A DNA stretch of 64,000 nt, from contig CP166615.1 of NCBI GenBank assembly GCA_041937175.2, forward strand, positions 1,408,001 to 1,472,000, given 5' to 3'. The position numbers were made by a program, and so were the translations under genes. Below the pieces are notes generated by a model, which saw nothing but the letters and a program-made list of their open reading frames with translations, did no database searches and was not told where the DNA came from. This stretch comes from Limnothrix sp. BL-A-16 (GTDB lineage Bacteria > Cyanobacteriota > Cyanobacteriia > CACIAM-69d). Shown piece after piece: positions 19,488 through 29,620 of this stretch. Position 1 is the first letter of the stretch, and each line of letters opens with the position of its first letter.

Positions 19488-22400
19488 TTATGGTTCTGGC
19501 AGGCCGTAGCCGCCGCCGCCGGGGGTTTCGATCGCGATCGCCTCACCTGCCTGTACCTGTACCTGATCAGTTGCGCCGAGGGGATTGATCGCCCCATTGA
19601 GTCGTTCCACCCAGGCGCGACCCGGTGCGCCCGGTGCGCCGCCGGCCAGGCCCGCCGGTTGGGTCGATCGCCGCCCCGAAACGATCGCCGCCGTCATCGG
19701 TTCCAAAAAGCGCAGTTTGCGGATCACGCCGTTGCCGCCCCGCTGTTGGCCCACGCCGCCGCTGTGGGGGCGAATTTGGAAGGACTCCAGCCGCACCGGA
19801 TAGCGCCATTCCAGCACCTCGGGATCCGTAAGCCGGGAGTTGGTCATGTGCGTTTGCACCGCGTCGGCTCCGGGGAAGGTTGCGCCCGCCCCCGCGCCGC
19901 CGCAGATCGTTTCGTAATATTGGTGCCGATCGCTCCCAAACGTGAAGTTGTTCATCGTGCCCTGGGCGTTGGCCATCACCCCGAGGGCTTGGTAGAGCGC
20001 ATCGACGACGGCTTGGGAGGTTTCCACGTTGCCGGCCACCACGGCGGCGGGCGATCGGGGATCGAGCAGGCTGGCGGGTGGCACGGTCAGCGCGATCGGG
20101 CGCAAACAACCGGCATTCAGGGGGATTTCGTCGGCCACCAGGGTGCGGAACACGTAGAGCACGGCGGCTTTAGTGATCGCGATCGGGGCGTTGAAGTTGT
20201 TCGGCTGTTGGAGCGAGGTGCCGCTGAAGTCGATCGCCGCCCGCCGACGCGCCCGATCGATCCGCACTTGCACCGTAATTTGCGCCCCACAGTCGAGGGC
20301 GATCGTTGCTTGGCCGTCCTGCAATTGGACGATCGCCCGTTCCACCGAAGCGGCGGCGTTGTCCTGCACAAACCCGGCGTAGGCCTGGATCGTGGCGGCT
20401 CCGTAGGTGTCAGCGAGGCGCTGCAATTCCTGGCAACCGCGCTCGTTGGCGGCAATTTGCGCCTGCAAGTCCGCCAGGTTTTGCACCGGGTTGCGGGCGG
20501 GGTAGGGATTGTCAGCCAGTTGCGCCAGCACGTCGGCTTCCAGGAATTCCCCGGCGCGGACGATCGGCAGGAAGTCAAACAGGATGCCCTCTTCGTCGAT
20601 CGAGTGGCTGTGGGGCGGCATCGATCCCGGGGTCAGGCCGCCCAAGTCCGCATGGTGGCCGCGGGAGGCGACGAAGAAATCCGGGCGATCGCTCAGGACT
20701 CCAGCGGGCGATCGCAACCAAACCGGTGTAATCACCGTGATATCGGGCAGGTGCGTGCCGCCGTTGTAGGGGTTGTTGCTGGCAAACACATCGCCGGGCC
20801 GCAGTTCCCGCGCCGCCATCAGCGCTGTGACTGTTTCGCCCATGGAGCCGAGGTGGACGGGAATGTGCGGCGCGTTGGCGATCAGTTGACCGGCGCGATC
20901 GAACAGGGCGCAGGAAAAGTCCAGCCGCTCCTTGATATTCACGGAATAGCTGGTGTTTTGCAGGGTTGCGCCCATCTGCTCGGCGATCGCGCTGAACCGG
21001 TTGTTGAAAATCTCCAAGCGCACCGGGTCGGGCTGCTGGGTTGAATTGTCGTCGGGACGGGCAAGGGGCTTAAGCCCCTTGTCTTGATCAGTGGGGGTTG
21101 GGGCGAGGGTTTCCAGCACTAGGCCGCCCCGATCGCCCAAGGTGGCCGCCCAGCCCGGTTCAATCACGTTTGTGCCCGTTGGTTCCACGATTACCGCTGG
21201 CCCGACGATTCGATCGCCCGGTTGCAACGCAGATCGCCCAAAGACCGGTGCATCTTGCCAGCGATCGGCGGTGTAGATCTGAATCGTCGTGATCGGTTCC
21301 GGCGGGGTCGATCGACTAGCCACCAGCACCGGTTCCGGCGGCAGATCCTTGTGGCGCACCAACTCCAGGGCGATCGCCTCAATCACCACGGGCTTATCCG
21401 GCAGGGCGAACCCGTAGCGCTGGCGGTGGATTGCCTCAAAGCGATCGCGCAACCAGCCCGCCGGGTCGGGTTCCGTGGCCGCCGGCCAGCTCACCACCAA
21501 GGGCGAATCCGTGCCGCCGTAACGCAGCCGAGCCGTGCGGATCGCCTCCTGGAACCCCGGCAATTGCGGTTCCAGTTCGGTTTGCAAGTCCCCAAAGCTC
21601 GGTTCCAACGCGGCGATCGCCCCCGGGTCTAAAACCTGCTCGATCGCCCGTTCACCGATTTGCCGCACATCCGCCAGCCCAATTCCATAGGCCGACAGCA
21701 CCCCGGCGTAGGGATGGATAAAAATCCGCGTCATTCCCAGGGCTTCCGCCAACAGGCAAGCGTGCTGCCCGCCCGCCCCGCCGAAGCAACAGAGGGTGTA
21801 GTGCGCCAAATCGTAGCCGCGCTGGACGGAAATTTGCTTAATCGCCGCCGCCATTTTCTCGATCGCGATCGCCAGGAACCCGGCCGCCACTGCTTCCGGG
21901 CTGCGGCCATCGCCGGTCGATCGGGCAATCTCAGCGGTGATCTGCGCGAACCGTTCCGCCACGATCGCCTTGTCCAAGGGGCGATCGCCCTCGGGGCCAA
22001 ACACCGCCGGGAAAAAGTCCGGGTGCAACTTCCCGAGCTGCACATTGCAATCGGTGACGGTCAGGGGGCCGCCGCGCCCGTAGGCCGCCGGGCCGGGATT
22101 CGCCCCCGCCGAGTCGGGCCCCACCCGGTAGCGCTGGCCATCGAAGTGCAAAATCGAGCCACCGCCCGCCGCCACCGTATGGATCGCCATCATCGGGGCC
22201 CGCAGCCGCACCCCCGCCACCTCCGTCTCGAACTGCCGCTCATACTCGCCCGCGTAGTGGGCCACATCCGTCGAAGTGCCGCCCATATCAAAGGTGACGA
22301 TTTGCCCAAAACCCGCCGCCACACAGGTTTGCACCGCCCCGACAATGCCGCCTGCCGGCCCCGACAGCACCGCATCCTTGCCCCGGAATCGATCGGCATC

Positions 22401-23165
22401 GGTCAGCCCGCCGTTGGACTGCATAAAAAACAGCTTGCCCGCCAGCGCTTCACCATCTGACCCCGCCAGGGATGATCGCACCTGGTTCACATAACGCCGC
22501 AACACGGGCGACAAGTAAGTATCAACCACGGTGGTTTCGGCGCGGCTGACCAGCTTAATCAGCGGACTCACGTGATGGGAAACGGAAATTTGCTCAAAGC
22601 CTGCCGCCGCCGCCAAGGCCGCCGCGATGTGCTCATGCTGGGGATAGCGGTAGCCATGGATCAGGGCGATCGCGCAACTGGTGCAACCCTCGGCCCGCGC
22701 TGCTTTCAGTTGGGCCAGCAAGGCCGCCTGGGCGGCCGCATCGAAGGGCCGCACCACTTCGCCTTGGGCGCTCAGCCGTTCCCGCACCTCGATCGCCCGT
22801 TCATAGAGCGGCGCAGGTTTGCGAATCTCCAGCGCAAAAATATCCGGTCGATTTTGGTAGCCAATCTGGAGGGCATCGCCAAACCCTTCGGTAATCACCA
22901 GTGCGGTGCGATCGCCTTTGCGCTCCAGCAGGGCGTTGGTGGCGACGGTGGTTCCCATCTCGATCGCCCCAATTTGCGCCAGGTCGATCGGCTCGGCGGC
23001 GGCTAATCCCATCAGGTCGCGAATTCCCTGAACGGGTGCATCGGCATAGCGATCGGGGTTTTCCGACAGCAGCTTATGCACCACCAGCCGCCCATCGGGC
23101 CGCCGCGCCACAATGTCGGTAAATGTCCCGCCGCGATCGATCCAAAACCACCAACGCCGATCCAT
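19488..23165 (-). CDS. ATP-dependent 5-oxoprolinase / fused hydantoinase A+B protein
   Basis: [62 protein letters not shown]. Confidence 0.95.
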   Translation of the reverse strand: MDRRWWFWIDRGGTFTDIVARRPDGRLVVHKLLSENPDRYADAPVQGIRDLMGLAAAEPIDLAQIGAIEMGTTVATNALLERKGDRTALVITEGFGDALQIGYQNRPDIFALEIRKPAPLYERAIEVRERLSAQGEVVRPFDAAAQAALLAQLKAARAEGCTSCAIALIHGYRYPQHEHIAAALAAAAGFEQISVSHHVSPLIKLVSRAETTVVDTYLSPVLRRYVNQVRSSLAGSDGEALAGKLFFMQSNGGLTDADRFRGKDAVLSGPAGGIVGAVQTCVAAGFGQIVTFDMGGTSTDVAHYAGEYERQFETEVAGVRLRAPMMAIHTVAAGGGSILHFDGQRYRVGPDSAGANPGPAAYGRGGPLTVTDCNVQLGKLHPDFFPAVFGPEGDRPLDKAIVAERFAQITAEIARSTGDGRSPEAVAAGFLAIAIEKMAAAIKQISVQRGYDLAHYTLCCFGGAGGQHACLLAEALGMTRIFIHPYAGVLSAYGIGLADVRQIGERAIEQVLDPGAIAALEPSFGDLQTELEPQLPGFQEAIRTARLRYGGTDSPLVVSWPAATEPDPAGWLRDRFEAIHRQRYGFALPDKPVVIEAIALELVRHKDLPPEPVLVASRSTPPEPITTIQIYTADRWQDAPVFGRSALQPGDRIVGPAVIVEPTGTNVIEPGWAATLGDRGGLVLETLAPTPTDQDKGLKPLARPDDNSTQQPDPVRLEIFNNRFSAIAEQMGATLQNTSYSVNIKERLDFSCALFDRAGQLIANAPHIPVHLGSMGETVTALMAARELRPGDVFASNNPYNGGTHLPDITVITPVWLRSPAGVLSDRPDFFVASRGHHADLGGLTPGSMPPHSHSIDEEGILFDFLPIVRAGEFLEADVLAQLADNPYPARNPVQNLADLQAQIAANERGCQELQRLADTYGAATIQAYAGFVQDNAAASVERAIVQLQDGQATIALDCGAQITVQVRIDRARRRAAIDFSGTSLQQPNNFNAPIAITKAAVLYVFRTLVADEIPLNAGCLRPIALTVPPASLLDPRSPAAVVAGNVETSQAVVDALYQALGVMANAQGTMNNFTFGSDRHQYYETICGGAGAGATFPGADAVQTHMTNSRLTDPEVLEWRYPVRLESFQIRPHSGGVGQQRGGNGVIRKLRFLEPMTAAIVSGRRSTQPAGLAGGAPGAPGRAWVERLNGAINPLGATDQVQVQAGEAIAIETPGGGGYGLPEP
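21062..21081. repeat. 20-bp palindrome inside the oxoprolinase CDS
   Basis: CAAGGGGCTTAAGCCCCTTG, read as KGLKPL in the inter-domain linker. Confidence 0.9.
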
Positions 23166-23466
23166 GCTCTGCCTCAGTCCACGCGCCTAATCTCGATTCA
23201 TCATATCGATTTGGGTCGTCGAGGGCGATCGTGGCGACCATACTTGATGAGTGATCAGCCAGCTCATATTTTTTAGTAGACTTACTGTCTAAAAGGATTC
23301 TTAAGGAAAAAATCAGTAATTGATAGAGGGTATAGAGTAGAAGCACTAAATTCAGTAAAAATCTAAACTCTGTATCAAGATTTAGCTAAATCAGCCAAAA
23401 GAATCAAAGGCCAAAAGCATTGCTTTTGAAAAATCTTGTTGTTCCTTATATTGAAATTGGCTAAGA

Positions 23467-24234
23467 ATGAAAAATCTTCCCGAAAAGCTTGTTGTCGCAA
23501 TTTTTGTTTATTGCTTGTTTTTGATTTCATATATTGCAATATTTCAAGATAAGGTCTTTGTGGCAATTATTAGTTCTCTGGGTACTTTGCTTATACAAAA
23601 CTATTTAGAAAAAAGAAGAAACGGAAGAAAACAAGAAGACTTTTCTAGGTTGATTATTAATCTGATTCGAGCTAGGTCTAAAATTCTTCTGTTCTTAAGG
23701 ATTAATGTTATTTTATCGAATGATAATAGTGTGGAAATCAAAAAGATTCTTGTGCAGCGATACATGAGTCGTATTCAAAAAGATGAGGTCTATAAGTCAG
23801 CACTCAGAGATCTTGGAATGCTTCCTATGAGCATCATCAAATATCTATCAGAATACAACTCCAGCCTAGATGATATTTATGATTCTCTTCTATATCACGT
23901 CAATCATGACTCTGGTCAGGGCTTAAGTACATGGAAGGTGCAAGAAAATTTAGCCATCCAAATTATCTATAACGGAATTGATGCTGAAATCGTCATCATG
24001 CTTATTTGTCAAAAAATCCTCAAAAACCAAGAAGAACTTGCAATATCTAAAAATTTCTTAATAGATGAATATTGGAGAGTTAAAAATGCAATGAAACAGG
24101 GTGAAAATGTTCCTGAGATTATAAATTCTAGCTTGAGCCAGATTGAAATGGCATTTGCTGAAATAGGATTACTGAGTGAGCTTCTTTCATACGCAAAGCC
24201 CATTGAAGAGCTTGACAATATAAATAACCTGTAG
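23467..24234 (+). CDS. AT-rich hypothetical membrane protein
   Basis: 255 aa, two N-terminal TM segments, much lower GC than flanks, no HIP1 seen. Confidence 0.7.
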   Translation: MKNLPEKLVVAIFVYCLFLISYIAIFQDKVFVAIISSLGTLLIQNYLEKRRNGRKQEDFSRLIINLIRARSKILLFLRINVILSNDNSVEIKKILVQRYMSRIQKDEVYKSALRDLGMLPMSIIKYLSEYNSSLDDIYDSLLYHVNHDSGQGLSTWKVQENLAIQIIYNGIDAEIVIMLICQKILKNQEELAISKNFLIDEYWRVKNAMKQGENVPEIINSSLSQIEMAFAEIGLLSELLSYAKPIEELDNINNL

Positions 24235-24368
24235 TCGATAAAATTTATATACTGAAGCGTTTAAGAGTTTAGAAGAATGCTTATGAGGCAACGATTTGAT
24301 TTGTATTTTCTTCCACGCAGTGTCGATCAATTTCGCCTTTTTTGGATCGTAATTATGCCCCCTTACAG

Positions 24369-24431
24369 CGGTGCGTAGGGCATCAATCAGAGAGGCTAAA
24401 AACAAGAAACCGTTGCCCTACACACCCTACG
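24369..24431. repeat. GTAG-type REP half-doublet
   Basis: CGGTGCGTAGGGCA...TTGCCCTACACACCCTACG; degenerate left half just upstream. Confidence 0.75.
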
Positions 24432-24529
24432 GTTGCTGATTTTGAGAAACCATACGCTGAATTTTTGAGCGATCGCCCTTATCATCGTAATTTATTAATA
24501 ATTGATTCTGAAAGTGAGGTCGGTAATTG

Positions 24530-24895
24530 ATGTTGAGGTTTTCGTTTTATTTAGACAATGGAGAAGAAGAGGAAATTGTTGATATTCCCGATGAGCTTTA
24601 TCAATGGCTCATCCATTCAGAATTTTCTAAAATTGGTCAGTCTGAAGAACGAGACGTGAAAATAGATGGTGAAATCACCAAAATTGCGGTAGTTCCCTTG
24701 ATGGGCAGCAACCGCAGAAAACTCAGCAACTTCTTCCGCGATGCCATTGTCCAAGAAAGCGATCGAATGCTCAGCCAGTTAAGCCATTCATCATCCAAAG
24801 AAGACTATTTAGCAGCTTCCTATACACTCAGGATTCTGCAAAATTTACGAAAACTGATCGAGGATGAACAATTTAAATACCTAAGCCGAATTTAG
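24530..24895 (+). CDS. Hypothetical protein
   Basis: 121-aa ORF with GAGGT RBS, between REP elements. Confidence 0.7.
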   Translation: MLRFSFYLDNGEEEEIVDIPDELYQWLIHSEFSKIGQSEERDVKIDGEITKIAVVPLMGSNRRKLSNFFRDAIVQESDRMLSQLSHSSSKEDYLAASYTLRILQNLRKLIEDEQFKYLSRI

Positions 24896-24920
24896 TGCAT
24901 CAATCGCGTATCCTTTAGCG

Positions 24921-25065
24921 CGTAGGGTGTGTGGGAGAACGCTTTTGGGGAAACGATCGCGCTGGCATTTTCTCCCACGCACCGTCGATCAATCTCGGTT
25001 GCAGCGGTGCGTAGGGCAAAAACGAGATCTTGGGAATAAGTAAGCATTGCCCTACACACCCTACG
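24921..25065. repeat. Complete GTAG-type REP doublet (REPIN-like)
   Basis: Ends CGTAGGGTGTGT / ACACACCCTACG; two internal hairpins in inverted arrangement. Confidence 0.8.
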
Positions 25066-25138
25066 AAATACTGAATGATCTGACTGTGATATCGATTAGG
25101 GTTGGCAAGTCTAGCGGGGAGCTGGCAAGGGCGATCGG

Positions 25139-25369
25139 TTACTCCACCACTTCGCCAAGATAGCGCTGCACAAAGTCCCGCGCTGCTTCGGGCTTGAGTA
25201 CTTTCAGGGCCTTCACAATTTCCAAAAGTGTTTCAGCGGTGGGATCGCGAATTTCTTTGCACCAGCGATAAACATTGGTGCGCTCAATTTCCATCTGCAT
25301 CGCAAGGGAGTATTGGCTCACCTCGTGATCCTCAAGCACTTGTTTCAAAACGCGGCCGGCTTTTCCCAT
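25139..25369 (-). CDS. XRE-family HTH regulator, copy 1
   Basis: MGKAGRVLKQVLE..EVSQYSLA..MEIERTNVYRW...RDP. Confidence 0.88.
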   Translation of the reverse strand: MGKAGRVLKQVLEDHEVSQYSLAMQMEIERTNVYRWCKEIRDPTAETLLEIVKALKVLKPEAARDFVQRYLGEVVE

Positions 25370-25406
25370 GCCCTCGATCGTCTCAAAGGTCTGGATTTCC
25401 GTAAAT

Positions 25407-25467
25407 GACATCCCTGTGGCTGACGGAATCCTAAAGGTTGACAGTCACCTAAAAGGATGACTACCAT
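25407..25467. promoter_or_regulatory. Three 18-bp operators (consensus GTCATCC-N4-GGATGAC) overlapping a TTGACA-18-TACCAT promoter
   Basis: Sites at 25407-25424, 25425-25442 and 25444-25461; the third fills the -35/-10 spacer. Confidence 0.6.
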
Positions 25468-25504
25468 GCTTCATGGAAGCGAGCGCTCAGTAGGAGAGCG
25501 AATC

Positions 25505-25771
25505 ATGCAGCCATTGAATTTTTTAGAAGGAACGATCGCCCCGGAACCCTTGACGGAGGGGCGATCTCCGCTCGATTCCTTGCCCGCGCGATCGAATGGG
25601 CGCGAAACGGTGAAGGTCATGGTGATCGGGTCGCCACGTGCCGTGGAAAACACGATCCGCGTGTTGTATCTGCGCGGCTTTGCGGAATTGTATGAGTGGT
25701 CGCCCATACAGCCGACGCAAAATCCCGGTGAAGTGATGAGCTTGATGCGGCGGCTATTGTCGTTGAGTTGA
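25505..25771 (+). CDS. Small cyanobacterial hypothetical protein, copy 1
   Basis: AGGAG RBS; RETVKVMVIGSPRAVENTIRVLYLRGFAELYEWSP is identical in copy 2. Confidence 0.8.
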   Translation: MQPLNFLEGTIAPEPLTEGRSPLDSLPARSNGRETVKVMVIGSPRAVENTIRVLYLRGFAELYEWSPIQPTQNPGEVMSLMRRLLSLS

Positions 25772-25781
25772 GTTTGTGTAT

Positions 25782-25924
25782 TAGGGTGTGCAGGAGAACG
25801 CTTGCGGAGAAACGATCTCGCTGGCATTTCCTCCCACGCACCGTCGATCGATCCCGGTTGCAGCGGTGCGTAGGGCAAAAACGAGATCTTGGGAATAAGC
25901 AAGCATTGCCCTACATACCCTACG
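25782..25924. repeat. GTAG-type REP doublet, second full copy
   Basis: Highly similar to 24921-25065. Confidence 0.8.
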
Positions 25925-25997
25925 AAATACTGAATGATGTGACCGTGGTATCGATAAGGGATAGCAAGTCCAGCGGGAAGCTGGCAAGGGCGATCGA

Positions 25998-26228
25998 CTA
26001 TTCCAAAAGCTCGCCCAAGTAGCACTGCACAAAGTCGCGGGCAGCTTCGGGGTTCAATCCTTTCAAGGCTGTGACGATCTCCACAACGGTCTCAGCCGTC
26101 GGGTCGCGCTGCTCGTGAAACCACTTAAAAACCACTGACCGATCAACCTGCAACAGCACCGCCAGCCGGTTCTGGCTGATTTTGTGCTGGTCTAATACGG
26201 CTTTGAGGGCTTTTCCTGCTCTTCCCAT
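25998..26228 (-). CDS. XRE-family HTH regulator, copy 2
   Basis: MGRAGKALKAVLD..KISQNRLA..LQVDRSVVFKW...RDP. Confidence 0.88.
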   Translation of the reverse strand: MGRAGKALKAVLDQHKISQNRLAVLLQVDRSVVFKWFHEQRDPTAETVVEIVTALKGLNPEAARDFVQCYLGELLE

Positions 26229-26262
26229 GCCCCCAATCCTGTCAAAGAATCTTAATCCGGTA

Positions 26263-26322
26263 AATGTTGACCTTTGAGCTGACAGCACATAACATTCAAA
26301 TGTTGACTCAAAAGACAACATT
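26263..26322. promoter_or_regulatory. Two candidate operators (TGTTGAC-N6-GTCAACA-like)
   Basis: AATGTTGACCTTTGAGCTGACA and AATGTTGACTCAAAAGACAACATT. Confidence 0.55.
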
Positions 26323-26434
26323 CAGCACAAAACCTCCGGGCTAGTCATGGCTGAAAGCCTGAGCCGATGGTGATGTCTTGTTTGTCTTGCTCTGAATCAT
26401 TCACAGCAGCCAATCCATTTGAGAAGGTGTGGCC

Positions 26435-26701
26435 ATGACAATGCAGAGTTTTGTAGAAACGCCGATCGCCCCGGAATCCCTGACTGAGGGGCGATCGCAG
26501 CTCGATTCCTTGCCCGCGCGATCGGACGGGCGCGAAACGGTGAAGGTGATGGTGATCGGGTCGCCGCGTGCCGTGGAAAACACGATCCGCGTGTTGTATC
26601 TGCGCGGCTTTGCGGAGTTGTATGAGTGGTCGCCCATGCAGCCGACGCAAAATCCTGGTGAGGTGATGAGTTTGATGCGGCAGCTATTGTCGTTGAGTTG
26701 A
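26435..26701 (+). CDS. Small cyanobacterial hypothetical protein, copy 2
   Basis: Near-identical to 25505-25771 beyond the first ~10 residues. Confidence 0.8.
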   Translation: MTMQSFVETPIAPESLTEGRSQLDSLPARSDGRETVKVMVIGSPRAVENTIRVLYLRGFAELYEWSPMQPTQNPGEVMSLMRQLLSLS

Positions 26702-26711
26702 GCGCTTGTAC

Positions 26712-26772
26712 TAGAGTTTGCGGGAGAACGTTTTTAGGAAAGTGATTGTGATTGCACCTCTCCCGCGCACCG
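26712..26772. repeat. Degenerate left half of the GTAG REP doublet
   Basis: GCGGGAGAACG...CTCTCCCGCGCACCG. Confidence 0.55.
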
Positions 26773-26908
26773 TCAATTAATGTGCATGATCAAAATCGAA
26801 ATTACACCCCATTACTGGTTCTAGCAGTTCATCTCAACCACATTGCTACACTGAAGTTAGGGTCGATGTCGCACTGCAAGCAATTTATCAGGAGAGATTA
26901 ACGAGTCC

Positions 26909-27478
26909 ATGATTGCTCAACAGAATTTATATTTCTTCAGCCCTGATGACTATTTACAACAGGAGGCAAAATCTACCCAAAAGCATGACTATATTGATGG
27001 CGAAATTGTAGCGATGGCAGGTGCGAGTAGTGCCCATTGCACGATCGTGGCAACCTTAACGGCGCTGCTCTTAAAACCCGTTCGCCAGCAAGGGTGTCAG
27101 CTTTTTACGGGGGATATGAAAGTGCGAGTCGATCGCCATAATTGCTTTTACTATCCGGATTTGCTCGTCACCTGCGACCCACGCGATCAAGACACAGATT
27201 ATTACAAATGCTTTCCTAAATTAATTATTGAAGTGCTTTCAGAGAGTACAGAGCTGCGCGATCGCGGCGAAAAATTTTTCAACTATAGTGCCTTAGAAAG
27301 CCTGGAAGAATATGTCTTGATCAGTCAAGATAAAATGCGCGTTGAGTGTTTTCGTCGCAATGAGACGAATCGGTGGGTTTTGGAGTGGTACGGCCCGGGC
27401 GATCGCGTTTTTTTCGACAGCATCCCTTGGCAAGGCGCGATCAACGATCTCTACGAAGCTGTGCCATTGCTTGGTTAG
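26909..27478 (+). CDS. Uma2-family (DUF820) endonuclease-fold protein
   Basis: YIDGEIVAMAGAS, YYPDLLVTCD, IIEVLSESTE..DRGEKF. Confidence 0.92.
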   Translation: MIAQQNLYFFSPDDYLQQEAKSTQKHDYIDGEIVAMAGASSAHCTIVATLTALLLKPVRQQGCQLFTGDMKVRVDRHNCFYYPDLLVTCDPRDQDTDYYKCFPKLIIEVLSESTELRDRGEKFFNYSALESLEEYVLISQDKMRVECFRRNETNRWVLEWYGPGDRVFFDSIPWQGAINDLYEAVPLLG

Positions 27479-27555
27479 AGGCGATCTGAAAAGTATTTTT
27501 GGGTACGAGCCAAGCACCAATAGTCGTGGGGGCAAGGGGCTTAAGCCCCTTGTCT
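27478..27555. mobile_element. Partial MITE (left end plus palindrome)
   Basis: TTA-GAGGCGATCTGAAAAG; palindrome at 27533-27552. Confidence 0.6.
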
Positions 27556-27736
27556 GCGGCGATTTCTAAACAATCCATGTTGAGTTGATCCCAAGCGCGA
27601 TCGGGACGGTTCAGAACCCAAAAAGAATCGGAAACCTGGGCAAACCGTAGCCGCGATCGCAGACGGGGCAGCGGCGGCCGGCGACGGTTTCCGGTAAAGT
27701 TTTTTGCACCTTTAGCGGTTGTGGGGGCAAAGACCA

Positions 27737-29620
27737 ATGGCAACGATCGTTCAGAAATATGGCGGCACGTCGGTTGGCTCGATCGAGCGGATTCAGTCCG
27801 TGGCGGCTCGGGTGATCGACACCGTAAAAGCGGGAAACTCCGTGGTGGTGGTGGTTTCGGCCATGGGCAAAACCACCGATGGGCTGGTGGCCCTGGCGCG
27901 GGAAATTAGCGACCAACCCAGCCGCCGGGAAATGGATATGCTGCTTTCGACCGGGGAGCAGGTGTCGATCGCCCTGTTGAGCATGGCGTTGCAGGCGGCG
28001 GGCCAACCGGCGATTTCCCTGACCGGCGCGCAAATTGGGATCGTCACGGAAGCGTCCCACACGCGGGCGCGGATTTTGAGTATTGATCCCGATCGGCTGC
28101 GTCGCCACCTCGATGAGGGCAAAGTGGTTGTGGCGGCGGGCTTCCAGGGGATCTCGAATGCCGATGATTTGGAAATTACCACCCTGGGGCGCGGCGGCTC
28201 GGATACCTCGGCGGTGGCCCTGGCGGCGGCCTTGCGGGCCGATGCCTGCGAGATTTATACGGATGTGCCGGGGGTGCTGACCACCGATCCCCGCCTCGTG
28301 CCGGAAGCGCAAATCATGGCGGAAATTTCCTGCGATGAAATGCTGGAGTTGGCCAGCTTGGGCGCGAAGGTGTTGCATCCGCGCGCGGTGGAAATTGCCC
28401 GCAATTACGGTGTGCCGCTGATTGTCAAATCGAGCTGGACAACCGATCCGGGGACGCGGGTGGTGTCGCAGCCCGTGGGCGATCGCCCCTTGGAAAACCT
28501 GGAAATTGCCCGGCCGGTGGATGCGATTCGCTACAACACCAATCAGGCGCAAATCGGCTTGCTGCGTGTACCCGATCGCCCCGGGATCGCCGCCAAGTTG
28601 TTCGGGGAGCTGGCCAAGCAAGCGGTGGATGTGGACTTGATTATTCAGTCGATCCACGAGGGCAACACCAACGACATCGCCTTCACGGTGACGGAGCAGG
28701 AAGCCGATCGGGCCGAGGCCATGGCCGGGGCGATCGCACCGACCCTACGCACGGAACCGACCCGCCCAATGGAAACGGAGGGAGCCGAAGCAGAATTGGT
28801 GGTCGATCGACATGTGGCCGAAGTCAGCATCTACGGCGCGGGCATGATTGGCCGGCCCGGCGTGGCGGCCCAAATGTTCAAGACCCTGGCCGACGCGGGG
28901 ATCAATATTGAAACCATATCCACCTCAGAAGTGCAGGTGGGTTGCATCATCGCTCCCGGTGACGACGCAGCCGATCGCAACCTGGAAACCCTCTGTCAGC
29001 GAGCAGTGGCGGCCCTGCGCCATGCCTTTGAGCTAGACACGGATCAGCTCTTGCCGGAGGTGCTGCCGATCGAGCAGCCCGCCAGCCCCGATGAGCCGCC
29101 CGTGCGGGGTGTGGCGCTCGATCGCAACCAAAGCCAAATCGCCGTCCGCAACGTGCCCGATCGCCCCGGCATGGCCGCCAAGATCTTTGAGCTGCTGGCG
29201 GACAAGAGCATCAGCGTCGATACGATCGTCCAGTCCCAGCGGCGGATCGTGGTCAACGGCTCCCCCACCCGCCACATCGCCTTCACCACCGCCGCCACGG
29301 ATGCGGAAGCCGCCCGCGCCGTGCTGCTGGCCGCCGGTCAGGAATTCGGCTGGGGTGACGTGGTGGTGAATGCCCAGGTAGCCAAGGTCAGCGCCGTGGG
29401 CACGGGGATGATCAACCGGCCCGGCGTGGCGGCCCAAATGTTCAACGCCTTGGCAGCCAAGAGGATCAACCTGCTGATGATCACCACCTCGGCGATCAAG
29501 ATCAGTTGCGTGGTCGAACAAGATCAAGGCGTGGAAGCCCTGAAGGCGGTTCACGAAGCCTTTGATCTTTCCGGCGAATACCAAGCCAGCAACGTCCACG
29601 GACTGACCCCGGCAAAATAG
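27737..29620 (+). CDS. lysC: Aspartate kinase, cyanobacterial type with duplicated ACT pairs
   Basis: [40 protein letters not shown]; repeated [12 protein letters not shown]. Confidence 0.96.
   Translation: MATIVQKYGGTSVGSIERIQSVAARVIDTVKAGNSVVVVVSAMGKTTDGLVALAREISDQPSRREMDMLLSTGEQVSIALLSMALQAAGQPAISLTGAQIGIVTEASHTRARILSIDPDRLRRHLDEGKVVVAAGFQGISNADDLEITTLGRGGSDTSAVALAAALRADACEIYTDVPGVLTTDPRLVPEAQIMAEISCDEMLELASLGAKVLHPRAVEIARNYGVPLIVKSSWTTDPGTRVVSQPVGDRPLENLEIARPVDAIRYNTNQAQIGLLRVPDRPGIAAKLFGELAKQAVDVDLIIQSIHEGNTNDIAFTVTEQEADRAEAMAGAIAPTLRTEPTRPMETEGAEAELVVDRHVAEVSIYGAGMIGRPGVAAQMFKTLADAGINIETISTSEVQVGCIIAPGDDAADRNLETLCQRAVAALRHAFELDTDQLLPEVLPIEQPASPDEPPVRGVALDRNQSQIAVRNVPDRPGMAAKIFELLADKSISVDTIVQSQRRIVVNGSPTRHIAFTTAATDAEAARAVLLAAGQEFGWGDVVVNAQVAKVSAVGTGMINRPGVAAQMFNALAAKRINLLMITTSAIKISCVVEQDQGVEALKAVHEAFDLSGEYQASNVHGLTPAK

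Noticed and set aside
19659..21044. Long antisense ORFs (also 7816-8664, 27611-28657, 32190-33059, 52092-53777)
   Set aside because: Shadow frames of GC-rich genes with no recognisable motifs
28852..29446. Identical ~30-bp repeat within lysC
   Set aside because: Explained by the duplicated ACT domains typical of cyanobacterial aspartate kinase
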